64,000 nt of DNA from Nitrospirota bacterium (GCA_963749655.1 CAVVOB010000012.1:205502-269501); one strand, 5' to 3'. Counted from the stretch's first letter, positions 22,461 to 32,487 are shown. The notes: generated from the letters alone by a model not told the origin. Made by a program: numbers and translations.

Positions 22461-23915
22461 TTACCTCACCACCTTCGCAAGTGGTACGACGACTCGAAGC
22501 CCGAGTAAGGGCAACTCGTCCGCTTTTGCTCCACCAGGGAGTACGATTTCAAGGTGATAGGAAGCTGCGGGATCAGGCGGACCAAATTCGAAGGCGGCTT
22601 TCTCCATGGCAGCAGCCAGGGTGCAGCTCAAGCCGGACGTTGATGCCGAGGTGCAATCGCTGTCATCCTTTCCGGAAGTGAGTATGGTCTGCATAAGCCG
22701 CAGGGGCCTCATGACCGGCACGCTGTTGGCTGGGGTCGTTGAGAGGCTTGCGACGATCCTGACAGGGACACTCGGTGTCAGCCCGCTGGATGCGCTTAAA
22801 AGCGGCGCTGTCAGGTCCGAAAATAGCCGCGCTAAATATGCGGCGAGAGGCGCGGCTGGTTTTCCCGCTGTTATGTCCAGCTGTGTTATGATCTGGATTC
22901 TGGGGCTCAGGTCTGACGGAAAAGAAACCGCAACAGACTTGGCCTGTGGAGATTGCTCGAACGAGAGTGCCACCTGTGCTTTGGCATCGCGTAACGCGTC
23001 GAGCCCCTTAAAGGTCACCCGCCGCGTGAGGTCCGACGCCCCGTTCTCATCAATAGCGATCACAGCGCCGGGCGCATCGGGCTCAGCCGCGGAAATCTCG
23101 GCATAAACCCGTCTTTTTTTGTACTGTTCCGTCACCGTGTAGTGATAGGTCCTTGAGGGAATTCGGTCATCCACGGAAGTCAGTTTCAGCTCCACCTTCG
23201 TCACAACCGGGCAGTTGGTCGGCGGGATAGCCAGGGACCGGTATGTGACGCCGTATGTCCAGAGGGCGAGGCTGCTTAAATGGTCGCCGTTTTCCAATTG
23301 TCTCGCGGCCGACTGTGCAACCAATTGGGGCGTATCAAAGGGAGTGAACCATGGCTCTATCAATTGACCTGACGAGCTCCAGGCCGCAATGGTGCGATTA
23401 GTATGAACGACGGTCGGGCTGTCTTTCGACGGCATCACTTTCACGGAGCGCAGGTAAAGGCCCCCTGGCAGACAAGGGCCGGAGTAAGGCAAAAAAATGA
23501 GATCGACGGAAAAGAAGGAGTCCTTCGCACGGTTCGAATAGCTGAGCTCATTGGAGCCCGGAAAGAGGCGTGTCGAGAGGTGGTGTTCGGAACCGAAGGA
23601 AAAATCCACTTTGGCGCTGTTATACTGTGGTGCCAGGACCGTCGTCGTGATCACTAAACCTTCAAGGTTGTGCGTGCTGATAATGGGAGGAGAGGAACTT
23701 TCCGGAAGCGTTTCCGGAGCCGGGGCGCCGGCGACAGCCCGGGAAGAGAGGACCAGGAAGGCGCCGAGAGCCGCCAATATTCCGCGCAAGCAATTCAAAA
23801 GGGGGAGAGATTTCATAGAACATTCCGGTTGGGGAGAGCGGAACGAAGTCCGACAGAATTCATTGCTGTTCCTGATTACTTTTATGCAGGTCGCGACGAT
23901 GTAGACTGGTCTCAT
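22461..23915 (-). CDS. hypothetical exported protein (start 23915 or 23816)
   Basis: 484-codon ORF with signal-peptide-like segment; no family recognised. Confidence 0.65.
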   Translation of the reverse strand: MRPVYIVATCIKVIRNSNEFCRTSFRSPQPECSMKSLPLLNCLRGILAALGAFLVLSSRAVAGAPAPETLPESSSPPIISTHNLEGLVITTTVLAPQYNSAKVDFSFGSEHHLSTRLFPGSNELSYSNRAKDSFFSVDLIFLPYSGPCLPGGLYLRSVKVMPSKDSPTVVHTNRTIAAWSSSGQLIEPWFTPFDTPQLVAQSAARQLENGDHLSSLALWTYGVTYRSLAIPPTNCPVVTKVELKLTSVDDRIPSRTYHYTVTEQYKKRRVYAEISAAEPDAPGAVIAIDENGASDLTRRVTFKGLDALRDAKAQVALSFEQSPQAKSVAVSFPSDLSPRIQIITQLDITAGKPAAPLAAYLARLFSDLTAPLLSASSGLTPSVPVRIVASLSTTPANSVPVMRPLRLMQTILTSGKDDSDCTSASTSGLSCTLAAAMEKAAFEFGPPDPAASYHLEIVLPGGAKADELPLLGLRVVVPLAKVVR

Positions 23916-23949
23916 GATTTGCCTTTCCCCTTGTATTGCAGCTTAGCTT

Positions 23950-24037
23950 GTAGGTTGGGCTGAACGCTTTACATGTAAAGCCCAACGCATCATGATTGAG
24001 AAATGTTGGGCAGTGTGGAGCTTTTTGCCCAAACTAC
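23950..24037. repeat. GTAG-type REP doublet, copy 2
   Basis: Near-identical to 22161-22248. Confidence 0.9.
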
Positions 24038-24300
24038 GAACTGATCTTTAAAGTGAGTTTATTGCCGGTTATTTGATATGTCCCACTATAGAAATCACCA
24101 CCTTCGTAATTTGAATCTGTTTTAAAAGTGTTGTCTGGTGTAAATTTGAAATACAAGCCTAATTCGCCTATATCCGGCCCCCATACATTGTTCATTAGAT
24201 AATTCTTCGTCAGCACATCTGCTGCGCTGCCAACTTTCGAAGAAATCACCGACACAAACATCGCAAGGATCAAAAATAAAAAATTTGTAGTTCTAGCCAT
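24034..24300 (-). pseudogene. exported protein, probably 3'-truncated at a REP
   Basis: GGGAGAGG RBS, signal peptide, AT-rich; its TAG stop lies inside the REP end. Confidence 0.6.
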
Positions 24301-24340
24301 GACCTCTCCCTTACAAAATTAACAAAATAACTGGTAACTT

Positions 24341-24469
24341 GTAGGTTGGGCTGAACGCCTTACATGTGAAGCCCAACGCATCATGATTGAGAAATGTTGG
24401 GCAGTGTGGAGCTTTTTGCCCAACCTACGAACTTCACGCTGCAGGTCGGGTCGCGTTTGTGACCCGACA
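24341..24469. repeat. GTAG-type REP doublet copy 3 (24341-24428) plus single GTCGGG REP variant (24441-24469)
   Basis: Near-identical to copy 2; then GCAGGTCGGGTCGCGTTTGTGACCCGACA. Confidence 0.88.
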
Positions 24470-24510
24470 GCTGCTCTGAAAGCCTGAACCGGCAAAGAAG
24501 GGAAAATATT

Positions 24511-24634
24511 TTACCTCCACTTTACACTCTTCTCTTTACTTTAACGAACGTGGAAGTCGGCGAGCTTGCGAATTAAGCGCAGAGGAAGTGGTTCATCCAA
24601 AAGAAACTGGATTCTGCCCTTCGAGATGTTTCGC
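24511..24634 (-). pseudogene. 3' remnant resembling DUF1801 (YdhG-like) proteins
   Basis: Manual translation SKGRIQFLLDEPLPLRLIRKLADFHVR*SKEKSVKWR*; no start, internal stop. Confidence 0.55.
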
Positions 24635-24710
24635 TTACGTTTTCGAGCTTAGTAGGCCCACAAGTCAGTCGGCTTAACTTTGAAATTATCGTTAAACAAA
24701 TATGCAGCTG

Positions 24711-24818
24711 GTAGGTCGGGTAGAGCGAAGCGAAACCCGACATTTTCAGTTCATTATCTGTGCGAATATACTAGCATACAGGCGTCGGGTTTCACAAAAA
24801 ACGTTCTACTCGACATAC
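24711..24818. repeat. GTAG-type REP doublet (GTCGGG subfamily)
   Basis: GTAGGTCGGGTAGAGCGAAGCGAAACCCGAC...GTCGGGTTTC...CTACTCGACATAC. Confidence 0.8.
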
Positions 24819-24859
24819 CCGGCTACCTCATACAAACCGTCACAAGGCCGCTGCCCCAA

Positions 24860-25516
24860 TTACGTTTTCGAGCTTAGTATGGCCCACAAGTCAGTCGGCT
24901 TAACTTTAAAATTATCGTTAAATAAATATGCAGTAAAAAAAACAAAGACAATAAAGCTGGCAAGAATGCCGATCTGCTTCGTCGATATTTTCTGAATTTC
25001 CTGTCTGGCTTTTGCATCGCATATTTCACCAGGGCAATACTGCGCTTTCTCCCTATAAAACCAGCCGTAGAACAGGCACCCTAAACAAATGCCGAAGGCG
25101 GATTCGAAAAACAGGAATATCAGGCAGGTTAGACAGATCAAACCCGTGATGATGCTGTAGGAATTTACGATCACCATGAGAAGGAACATGATTGACGCCA
25201 AAACCAGACCTATCACCCAGGCGAACTTTTTCTGAGGCGCGCCGACGTATTCGGGATTCTGCCTGCGCACAATCAACCGGCCGATGATCAGGGTTGGAGA
25301 AAATCGTGGATTGACGAAGACACGGATTATGAAATCTGCGAGAAAGATGGTGATAATGTACTTGATCATTAGAAAGTTTTCTTTGAAGATTATCAGCATT
25401 AAAGCTATAAACATAAATAAAAAGAGAATTCCTGCCGATGCCCGTACTTCACGCTCATTCAGGACCGGAATCTTAAAGCCTTCTACCGTTTCGCCGAATT
25501 GTATCGCTTTGTTCAT
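24860..25516 (-). CDS. DUF4395-family membrane protein
   Basis: VLNEREVRASAGILF, PQKKFAW, FFESAFGICLGC. Confidence 0.8.
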   Translation of the reverse strand: MNKAIQFGETVEGFKIPVLNEREVRASAGILFLFMFIALMLIIFKENFLMIKYIITIFLADFIIRVFVNPRFSPTLIIGRLIVRRQNPEYVGAPQKKFAWVIGLVLASIMFLLMVIVNSYSIITGLICLTCLIFLFFESAFGICLGCLFYGWFYREKAQYCPGEICDAKARQEIQKISTKQIGILASFIVFVFFTAYLFNDNFKVKPTDLWAILSSKT

Positions 25517-25565
25517 TTTGCTCTCCTGTTCGTGGTAAGATTGAAATTCAGAGAGATAAAAGTTT

Positions 25566-25641
25566 GTAGGTTGGGCTACGCATCATAGCCCAACATTTTT
25601 TGAATTCTGTTGGGCAAGGTAAGGCTTTTTGCCCAACCTAC
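25566..25641. repeat. GTAG-type REP doublet, shorter variant
   Basis: GTAGGTTGGGCTA...TAGCCCAAC...GTTGGGCAA...TTGCCCAACCTAC. Confidence 0.85.
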
Positions 25642-25819
25642 GGTCTCATCCTGACGGATCACTTACGATACCTAAGCGAATATATGCGTGGCCTGGGGAA
25701 ATGTCAACGACATTGATGGGGTATTTTAAGGGTATTCGGGAGAAGTCTGGAAATCGGGATGCATCAAGCCGACGAGCTGTGGGGTCTGTCCGGGTCGAAA
25801 ATGTTTACTTCGGCTGCTG

Positions 25820-26119
25820 TCAGTCCAGCGTATCGTTAAAATACTTCCGGTGCGCCTCGCAGCGGCACTTTTTGTCCCACGGTTCGAAGCAGTGACCTAT
25901 GAGCTCTATTCTTTCATCTCCCTCCTGCTTTGACAGGGGGCCGTTGACACTCACCGTCTCTGTGCCGGTAAAGTCATCCCACCAGGTCACGACGGTGTAC
26001 ACCTTGCACAGAGGACAGAGAAAATAGACGTCCGTATGCTCGTCGCCCATGATGCTGCCCGAGATGGAGGCGATCCGCTCTGCATCCAGAAAGGGCCTGC
26101 TGCATTGAGTGCACTGCAT
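25820..26119 (-). CDS. small Cys-rich hypothetical protein
   Basis: CxxC, CxxC and CxCxxH motifs; GAGGTGA RBS. Confidence 0.75.
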   Translation of the reverse strand: MQCTQCSRPFLDAERIASISGSIMGDEHTDVYFLCPLCKVYTVVTWWDDFTGTETVSVNGPLSKQEGDERIELIGHCFEPWDKKCRCEAHRKYFNDTLD

Positions 26120-26123
26120 CAGT

Positions 26124-26492
26124 TCACCTCATATCCTTCAGCATATCGCCGTCGGACAGGAAATAGATAATGCAGATCCCGATGACTATTACCCCCCAGC
26201 CGCCATATACCACTGCCTGCTCATGGGCCTGAAACCACTTGACGAAAATAAACGCGCCATTGCCGATTTTCAGCTGCAGGACGATGAATAACCGCACCGC
26301 GAGCGGGACGATTGCAAAAGCCATGGTGCAGAACAATACAAGGTATGCTAATGTTATGGCATCAGTGCCTTTGGGCCCGATCTTTTCCTCGCTTAAGATC
26401 CCGTTGGATTCGAGAATATTGACAATGATCGCGCCAAGGACCATAAGTCCAAATGAGGAGCCAAGGATGATCAGGTAGATTTTGGTATTCAT
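26124..26492 (-). CDS. hypothetical membrane protein
   Basis: Three TM segments; GAGGAGG RBS. Confidence 0.75.
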   Translation of the reverse strand: MNTKIYLIILGSSFGLMVLGAIIVNILESNGILSEEKIGPKGTDAITLAYLVLFCTMAFAIVPLAVRLFIVLQLKIGNGAFIFVKWFQAHEQAVVYGGWGVIVIGICIIYFLSDGDMLKDMR

Positions 26493-26623
26493 GGGGCCTC
26501 CTCGAAAAACAATCTATGTCGCGAAGAGCCATTGACTTCAATTGAAGAATTTTCTATGGTTACCCTATCGATCTGCTATCATCTAAAGAATATCATAAAT
26601 AGGGAAGAAAAATGACCTCCCCC

Positions 26624-26682
26624 GTCATTCCTGCGCAGGCAGGAAACCAGGCTGTCACGGGTCCTCGTTTCACGGGGATGAC
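26624..26682. repeat. GTCATTCC double-hairpin repeat (dRS3-like)
   Basis: GTCATTCCTGCGCAGGCAGGAAACCAG...CACGGGGATGAC. Confidence 0.75.
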
Positions 26683-26726
26683 AAATCAGGCTGCAAGTGC
26701 GGCTTTTAAATGCTGAAGATTATTGT

Positions 26727-27449
26727 ATGAACGTTATTCACAAAATATGCCGTCCTGACGGCTTAAAGACGATCGTGAGCGCAGGCGCCTTCCTTCTCTG
26801 CTCAGCCGCTGCAATCGGTTTAGCAGGCCAGGACCTTTCCTCGCCCGATTCTGTTGACGCCAAGCGCGCGGTGACCATTGAATACAGCGCCCTGAATCAC
26901 GCAACCTCTTATACTGCTTCCAGCGGAGACTGCTCCATCACCTGGATCGCCTACGACAACGGGCCCAACCAGGGCATCATCAAGCACTCGCCCCGATGCG
27001 ATGCGCCCATGGAGTTGCAGATTTCACTTATGACAAAGATCTGCACGGCGTTCTTCGGCCATGACAAGAATGCCCGAACATATCGAACATTGTTCTGGGG
27101 CGGGCTTGAAGCAGAACAAAAACCTGCTTCCCAGGATCTGCAGTTCAGGCTCGCGCTGGCAGCATATCGATCACCCGGGTGGGATGCTCGGAAGGGGAAG
27201 CCGAAAAACGGGGACATCAACGGGTTCATAAGGAAGCTTGCGAACGAGACGCCGATCTACCGGGAACTGCAGGAGCTGTTTCGCGGTTTTGATATGCAGA
27301 TAAAGCTCGCGAGTGTGGAGAAGGTCAGGGTCCTGGAAGCGGGGAAGCTTCCGTTTTACAGCCGGCTCAGACAGCAGGGGGTCGCGGCAACAGACAGGCT
27401 GCCCTTCGACTGTATGGCATGGTTTTCCTTATCAGTCCTTTCCCAATAG
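26727..27449 (+). CDS. hypothetical exported protein
   Basis: ORF with N-terminal hydrophobic segment; no family recognised. Confidence 0.65.
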   Translation: MNVIHKICRPDGLKTIVSAGAFLLCSAAAIGLAGQDLSSPDSVDAKRAVTIEYSALNHATSYTASSGDCSITWIAYDNGPNQGIIKHSPRCDAPMELQISLMTKICTAFFGHDKNARTYRTLFWGGLEAEQKPASQDLQFRLALAAYRSPGWDARKGKPKNGDINGFIRKLANETPIYRELQELFRGFDMQIKLASVEKVRVLEAGKLPFYSRLRQQGVAATDRLPFDCMAWFSLSVLSQ

Positions 27450-27568
27450 AAATCTGCCGGCAAAGGTTCTAACCTTTTTAAACAAGAAACCGTTTTTGAT
27501 TTTCTTTGCGGGTTTTGCGCGAGATAAGTTTTTCTTTTCTATTTATGATATTCTCCAAGGAGGCGGCA

Positions 27569-27982
27569 GTGGATCAGGAATTCAAACTGGGAATCACTGA
27601 GATAGACAATCAGCATGAGGAGCTGCTTGAGCGCATGGAGCTGTTGCGCGATTACATGAGAAGGGGACAGAGCAGGGACGCTATTCGCGATACCCTGAAG
27701 TTTCTGGAAACATATGTAGTGGAGCATTTCGCCACCGAGGTCAAATACATGAACCGGTACGGCTATCCGGGCATTATCCAGCACAAGGCCGAGCACGAAA
27801 CGTTCCTCAGGGACTTTACCGCCTTCAAGGAAAGGTTCACATCCATGCAGGCGCAAGGGGACATCACAACCTTCCTGGGTCTCGAAATCGTGCGCAAACT
27901 CAATGCCTGGTTCACAAATCATATCGCCACGGTCGATATGACAATGGGCGAGTTCCTGGCGAAGAAGATGGGGGCGAAGTAA
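27569..27982 (+). CDS. bacteriohemerythrin
   Basis: IDNQH, HFATE, HKAEH, HIATVD iron ligands; AGGAGG then GTG. Confidence 0.9.
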   Translation: MDQEFKLGITEIDNQHEELLERMELLRDYMRRGQSRDAIRDTLKFLETYVVEHFATEVKYMNRYGYPGIIQHKAEHETFLRDFTAFKERFTSMQAQGDITTFLGLEIVRKLNAWFTNHIATVDMTMGEFLAKKMGAK

Positions 27983-28192
27983 GGGAACGTGATTGTAAAC
28001 GTTCAAGGTGAAACGGGAAAAGGGAAAAGAAAATCGTTGTTGGGAGCTCCATCCCGTTCGTCACCCGATCCTGGTGCACTGAGTAAGGAACAGACGGTAA
28101 ACCTGGATTTTGCCTTGATTTTCCTCTGATTCCCCGTATATAATGTCGCTTCGCGGCTGAATCCCGGCCTTGCAATGAGGTATAATCATCCC

Positions 28193-28420
28193 ATGGCGGA
28201 AAAAAAATTCGAAGCGGCGATGGAGCGTCTTGAGGAGATTGTCCAGGACCTCGAAAAAGGCGACCTTCCCCTTGAACAATCGCTGAAACTGTTCGAGGAG
28301 GGCGTCAAGCTTTCCCGCATCTGCACGAAACGGCTGGACGAAGCGGAACGTAAGGTGGAGATCCTGGTCAAGGACAAGAACGGAACGATCAAGGCCGAGC
28401 CGTTCGAGGAAGAGGAGTAA
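28193..28420 (+). CDS. xseB: exodeoxyribonuclease VII small subunit
   Basis: FEAAMERLEEIVQDLE..LPLEQSLKLFEEG; synteny with ispA-dxs. Confidence 0.95.
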   Translation: MAEKKFEAAMERLEEIVQDLEKGDLPLEQSLKLFEEGVKLSRICTKRLDEAERKVEILVKDKNGTIKAEPFEEEE

Positions 28421-28423
28421 TTA

Positions 28424-28484
<61 letters not shown>

Positions 28485-28510
28485 TCTCCTCACTCCTCAC
28501 CGAGTTAATC

Positions 28511-29401
28511 ATGGACATCAAGATATACCTCAAGAAGAAAAAAGAGCTCGTTGACAAATCACTCGAAAAGCTCGTGCCCCAGGCCAAGACCTTTCCTCCA
28601 TCGATCCATGAGGCCATGCGCTACAGCCTCTTTGCCGGCGGCAAACGCGTACGGCCCATTCTCGCGATCGCTGCCGCGGAATCGCTCGGCGCGAAGACAG
28701 CGGACCTGCTTCCCATTGCAGGGGCGCTGGAGCTGATCCATACCTACTCCCTGATCCATGACGATCTGCCTGCCATGGATGACGACGACTTCCGGCGCGG
28801 GCAGCCCACGTGCCACAAAAAATTCGGCGAAGCGATCGCGATCCTCGCCGGCGACGGGTTGTTGACCATGGCCTTCGAGACGCTGTCCGATCCCAGGCGC
28901 CTGAAGGCGGTCCCCGCAGCTAGGCTCCTGCCGATCATCCGGGAGATTGCGTTTGCATCGGGCGCTTTCGGCATGGTGGGCGGTCAGGTTGTGGACATGG
29001 AGTCGGAAGGCAGGGAGATCGATTTTCCCACACTCGAATACATTCACACCCGCAAGACCGGCGCCCTGATGCGCGCATCAGTGCGCGTCGGAGCGCTGTA
29101 TGCCAAGGCGGGCAAGCGGCAGCTGCTGGCGCTGACGCATTACGGGGAAATGGTGGGCCTGGCCTTCCAGATCGCCGACGACATCCTGGACATCACCGGC
29201 AAGCAGGAAGAGATCGGCAAGGACGTGGGCAGCGATATCAAGAAGGGCAAGAAGACCTTTCCCGCCTTTTACGGTCTGGAAGAGTCGCGCCGCAGAGCGG
29301 GCGAAGTTGCAGACAGGGCAGTCCAGGCGCTCGCCGGCTTCGGGCGCAAGGCAGACCCGCTCAGGGAACTGGCGAAATATATCGTGCAGAGAGTGAATTG
29401 A
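28511..29401 (+). CDS. ispA: farnesyl/geranylgeranyl diphosphate synthase
   Basis: GGKRVRP, SLIHDDLPAMDDDDFRRG, FQIADDILD. Confidence 0.93.
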   Translation: MDIKIYLKKKKELVDKSLEKLVPQAKTFPPSIHEAMRYSLFAGGKRVRPILAIAAAESLGAKTADLLPIAGALELIHTYSLIHDDLPAMDDDDFRRGQPTCHKKFGEAIAILAGDGLLTMAFETLSDPRRLKAVPAARLLPIIREIAFASGAFGMVGGQVVDMESEGREIDFPTLEYIHTRKTGALMRASVRVGALYAKAGKRQLLALTHYGEMVGLAFQIADDILDITGKQEEIGKDVGSDIKKGKKTFPAFYGLEESRRRAGEVADRAVQALAGFGRKADPLRELAKYIVQRVN

Positions 29402-29404
29402 CAG

Positions 29405-29586
29405 CAGGGTCCAGGGTCCGGTAAAAACTGGGTTCAGGGTCCGGTAGCAAGGGTCTGGTAGAAACAGGGTCAAGGGTCCAGTAACGAGGGTCCGATAAAA
29501 ACTGGGTCCAGGGCCCGGTGGCAAGGGTCAAGGGTGGGGTATTTCCTGGCCCCTGGACCCCGGCCCCTGACTTCCCGGCCCCTGAC
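29405..29586. repeat. GGGTCCA-based tandem/inverted repeat
   Basis: About 37-bp degenerate units of GGGTC.AGGGTCCGGTA...AAAAACT followed by complementary arm CCCTGGACCCCGGCCCCTGAC. Confidence 0.8.
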
Positions 29587-29601
29587 TTTTGAGAGGTAAT
29601 C

Positions 29602-31524
29602 ATGATTCTCGACAAGATTCAGAACATTGACGACGTGCGGGCACTGGCCCCGGCAGAGCTTCAGCCGCTGGCCGATGACGTGCGCCAGGAGATCATCGAC
29701 ACGGTGGCGAAAACAGGCGGCCATCTTGCGCCGAGCCTCGGCGTCGTGGAGCTGACCGTTGCGCTCCATTACGCCTTCAATACGCCGCAGGACCGCATCG
29801 TATGGGACGTGGGGCATCAGGCTTATGCGCACAAGATTTTGACCGGCAGACGCGCGCAGTTTCCCACTCTCAGGCAGCACGGCGGCCTGAGCGGGTTCCC
29901 GAAGCGCGACGAGAGTTCCCACGACCATTTCGACGTGGGCCACGCGAGCACCTCGATCTCGGCAGCCCTGGGCATGGTCGCGGCCCGCGACATCAGCGGC
30001 GGCGACTTCAAGGTGATCGCCGTGATCGGCGACGGCTCGATCTCGGCGGGCCTTGCCTTCGAAGGCATGAACCAGGCAGGGCACCTGAAAAAGGATCTCA
30101 TCGTCATCCTGAACGACAACGAGATGTCCATTTCGCCGAACGTGGGCGCGCTGTCGTCCTACCTCAGCAGGATGCTGACGGGCAACTTTTACACGCGCCT
30201 GCGCCAGGAGACCAAGCAGTTCCTGCAGGGCATTCCCAAGGTCGGCGAATCCATGTTCAACCTCGCGAAGAAGGCCGAAGACTCCATCAAGGGCCTGATG
30301 TCTCCGGGGATGCTCTTCGAGGACCTCGGCTTCCAGTATGTCGGACCCATCGACGGCCACAATATCAGCCATCTGCTCGAAACCTTCCGGAACATCAAGG
30401 GCTACACCTGGCCGGTGCTGGTCCACGTGATCACCAAGAAGGGAAAGGGCTGCGAGTTCGCCGAGTGCCGTCCGTCAAAGTACCATGGAACGCCGCCCTT
30501 CGACCCTGATACGGGAAAGGTCATCACCAAGAAACAGTCCATCATGAGCTACACCGAGGTCTTCGGGAAGACCATGATCAGGCTCGCCGAAGAGAACGAG
30601 CGGGTCGTCGCGATCTCGGCGGCGATGTCCGAAGGCACGGGACTCGACCTGTTCGCCGAGCAGTTCCCCGGCCGTTTCTTCGACGTGGGCATCGCGGAAT
30701 CGCACGGCGTGACCTTTGCCTGCGGCCTCGCCGTGGAAGGGCTGCATCCCGTTGCGGCCATCTACTCGACGTTCACGCAGCGGGCCTACGACCAGATCGT
30801 CCACGACCTCTGCCTGCAGAACCTTCCCGTCACGCTGGCGCTCGACCGCGCCGGTCTCGTAGGCGAGGACGGACCCACGCACCACGGGGTGTTCGATATC
30901 GCCTATCTCCGCCATGTGCCGAACATGGTCGTGATGGCGCCCAAAGACGAGAACGAGTTCCAGCACATGATCAAGACCGCCGTGGAGCACCCCGGGCCGA
31001 CGGCGCTGCGCTACCCGCGCGGCATCGGCTGCGGCGTGCCCATGGACCAGGAGCTGACGACGCTCCCGATCGGCAAAGCGGAGGTCATCAAGGAAGGGAG
31101 CGAAGCGGCCATCATCGCCATCGGCAACATGGTCTGTCCTTCCATCGAGGCGGCGAAACGGCTCGCCGACGAGGGAATGTCCGTCGCGGTCGTGAACGCC
31201 CGGTTCGTGAAGCCCCTGGACGAAGAGCGGATCATTGCCTTCGCGAAAAAGACCGGCAGGATCATCACGGTGGAGGAGCATGTGCTCCAGGGCGGCTTCG
31301 GCAGCGCAGTGCTCGAATGCCTCGACGCGCGGGGCATCACGGGGGTCAAGACGCTTCGCATCGGCCTTCCCGACGCCTACGTCGAACACGGCACCCAGGC
31401 GGTGCTCCGGAAAAAGTACGGCCTCGACGTGGACGGGATCTATACCTCGGTCAAAGCGTTCATCGAAAGGTCGCGGCTCAAGGTGGTGACTCCGGTGGCG
31501 GCAATACGGATGAAAGACGCGTAG
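29602..31524 (+). CDS. dxs: 1-deoxy-D-xylulose-5-phosphate synthase
   Basis: GGHLAPSLG, WDVGHQAYAHKILTGR, IGDG..NDNEMSI, DRAGLVGEDGPTHHG. Confidence 0.97.
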   Translation: MILDKIQNIDDVRALAPAELQPLADDVRQEIIDTVAKTGGHLAPSLGVVELTVALHYAFNTPQDRIVWDVGHQAYAHKILTGRRAQFPTLRQHGGLSGFPKRDESSHDHFDVGHASTSISAALGMVAARDISGGDFKVIAVIGDGSISAGLAFEGMNQAGHLKKDLIVILNDNEMSISPNVGALSSYLSRMLTGNFYTRLRQETKQFLQGIPKVGESMFNLAKKAEDSIKGLMSPGMLFEDLGFQYVGPIDGHNISHLLETFRNIKGYTWPVLVHVITKKGKGCEFAECRPSKYHGTPPFDPDTGKVITKKQSIMSYTEVFGKTMIRLAEENERVVAISAAMSEGTGLDLFAEQFPGRFFDVGIAESHGVTFACGLAVEGLHPVAAIYSTFTQRAYDQIVHDLCLQNLPVTLALDRAGLVGEDGPTHHGVFDIAYLRHVPNMVVMAPKDENEFQHMIKTAVEHPGPTALRYPRGIGCGVPMDQELTTLPIGKAEVIKEGSEAAIIAIGNMVCPSIEAAKRLADEGMSVAVVNARFVKPLDEERIIAFAKKTGRIITVEEHVLQGGFGSAVLECLDARGITGVKTLRIGLPDAYVEHGTQAVLRKKYGLDVDGIYTSVKAFIERSRLKVVTPVAAIRMKDA

Positions 31525-31594
31525 AGAAGCAATGCGGAATTCGGAATGAAAGCTGTGGTTTCAATTGCGTTGTGAATTGTGGATTAGAACACAA

Positions 31595-31683
31595 GGCAGT
31601 TGGAACCACGGATGAACACGGTTTAATAACCTTGTAATTCAATGAAAGAAGTCATCCGTGTCTATCCGTGTTAATCCGTGGTT
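31595..31683. repeat. palindromic MITE-like element, same family as 9842-10118
   Basis: GGCAGTTGGAACCACGGATGAACACGG...ATCCGTGTCTATCCGTGTTAATCCGTGGTT. Confidence 0.85.
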
Positions 31684-31708
31684 AAATGCTTTTTGATACG
31701 GGCGCCGG

Positions 31709-32344
31709 TTACGGCGTCTTTTTCTTTTCTTCCTGCCTCAACTCGTATCCGTAGCCGCCGATCCTGATGTCCGTGAGCTTTCCGTTTCTGAAGGTGAGAA
31801 TGCGGACAAAGCGGTTCGGTCCGAGATTGTAGGTCCATTCTTCGATCGTTACAAGAGTTTTCTGGACCAGCCCGGTTTCCAGCCGAGCGCTTTTTTCTTC
31901 CTGCCTCGTGTCTTTCCACGTGGGCTCGCCGCACTTGGCAATCACGTCGCTCGTCCGTTCTCCGGTTGAAAGGGACTGTTCGGTGCATTCCCGCGCCGGG
32001 GTCTTCGTATTCCCGCTGTATCCGTAGCCGCCGGTCCCGATGCGGAACACCTGCCCGTTTTTCAGCGTCACGATTCGCGTAAATTTGCTCGGTCCGAAGT
32101 CGTACGTCCACTCATCAACGGTCACGTAGGTTTTATGTCTCACTCCCGGGGAAGTGAAGTCGACGATCTCCTCCTGGTGGGATTCTTTGGAGGACGGTTC
32201 ACCGCACTTCATGAGAAGATCAACGCGGGAATCGCCGGCTGATATGATGCCGTTGGTGCAGTCGAGCGTTGCGGCGAACAGGGCTGTGCCGGGGAGTGCC
32301 CAGACGATCGCCACCATGGCAAATAGTATTCCCTTTTTCTTCAT
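31709..32344 (-). CDS. exported protein with two DUF2845-like repeats
   Basis: Signal peptide; twice C...G....V..KCGEP...EWTY..GP..F.RI.T..NG. Confidence 0.85.
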   Translation of the reverse strand: MKKKGILFAMVAIVWALPGTALFAATLDCTNGIISAGDSRVDLLMKCGEPSSKESHQEEIVDFTSPGVRHKTYVTVDEWTYDFGPSKFTRIVTLKNGQVFRIGTGGYGYSGNTKTPARECTEQSLSTGERTSDVIAKCGEPTWKDTRQEEKSARLETGLVQKTLVTIEEWTYNLGPNRFVRILTFRNGKLTDIRIGGYGYELRQEEKKKTP

Positions 32345-32460
32345 TCGGTAATCTCCGTCCTGCTGATAATTCGACCCGTACATCTGACTAAAGTTTATCG
32401 TTTGGTGGATTGGACGTCAATCGGCAATAATTCAATAATCGCCGTTCACCTTATGACTCC

Positions 32461-32487
32461 GTCATTCCTGCGAAGGCTGGAATCCAG
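32461..32487. repeat. half copy of GTCATTCC hairpin repeat
   Basis: GTCATTCCTGCGAAGGCTGGAATCCAG. Confidence 0.7.

Noticed and set aside
22161-25641. Repeats as integron attC sites or a CRISPR array
   Set aside because: GCCCAAC..GTTGGGC cores are only about 32 nt apart inside GTAG REP doublets, spacing is irregular, and no intI or cas gene is present
27990-28170. Possible ncRNA upstream of xseB
   Set aside because: Only a weak AACGGGA/TCCCGTT pairing; no recognisable family motif; would need an Rfam scan
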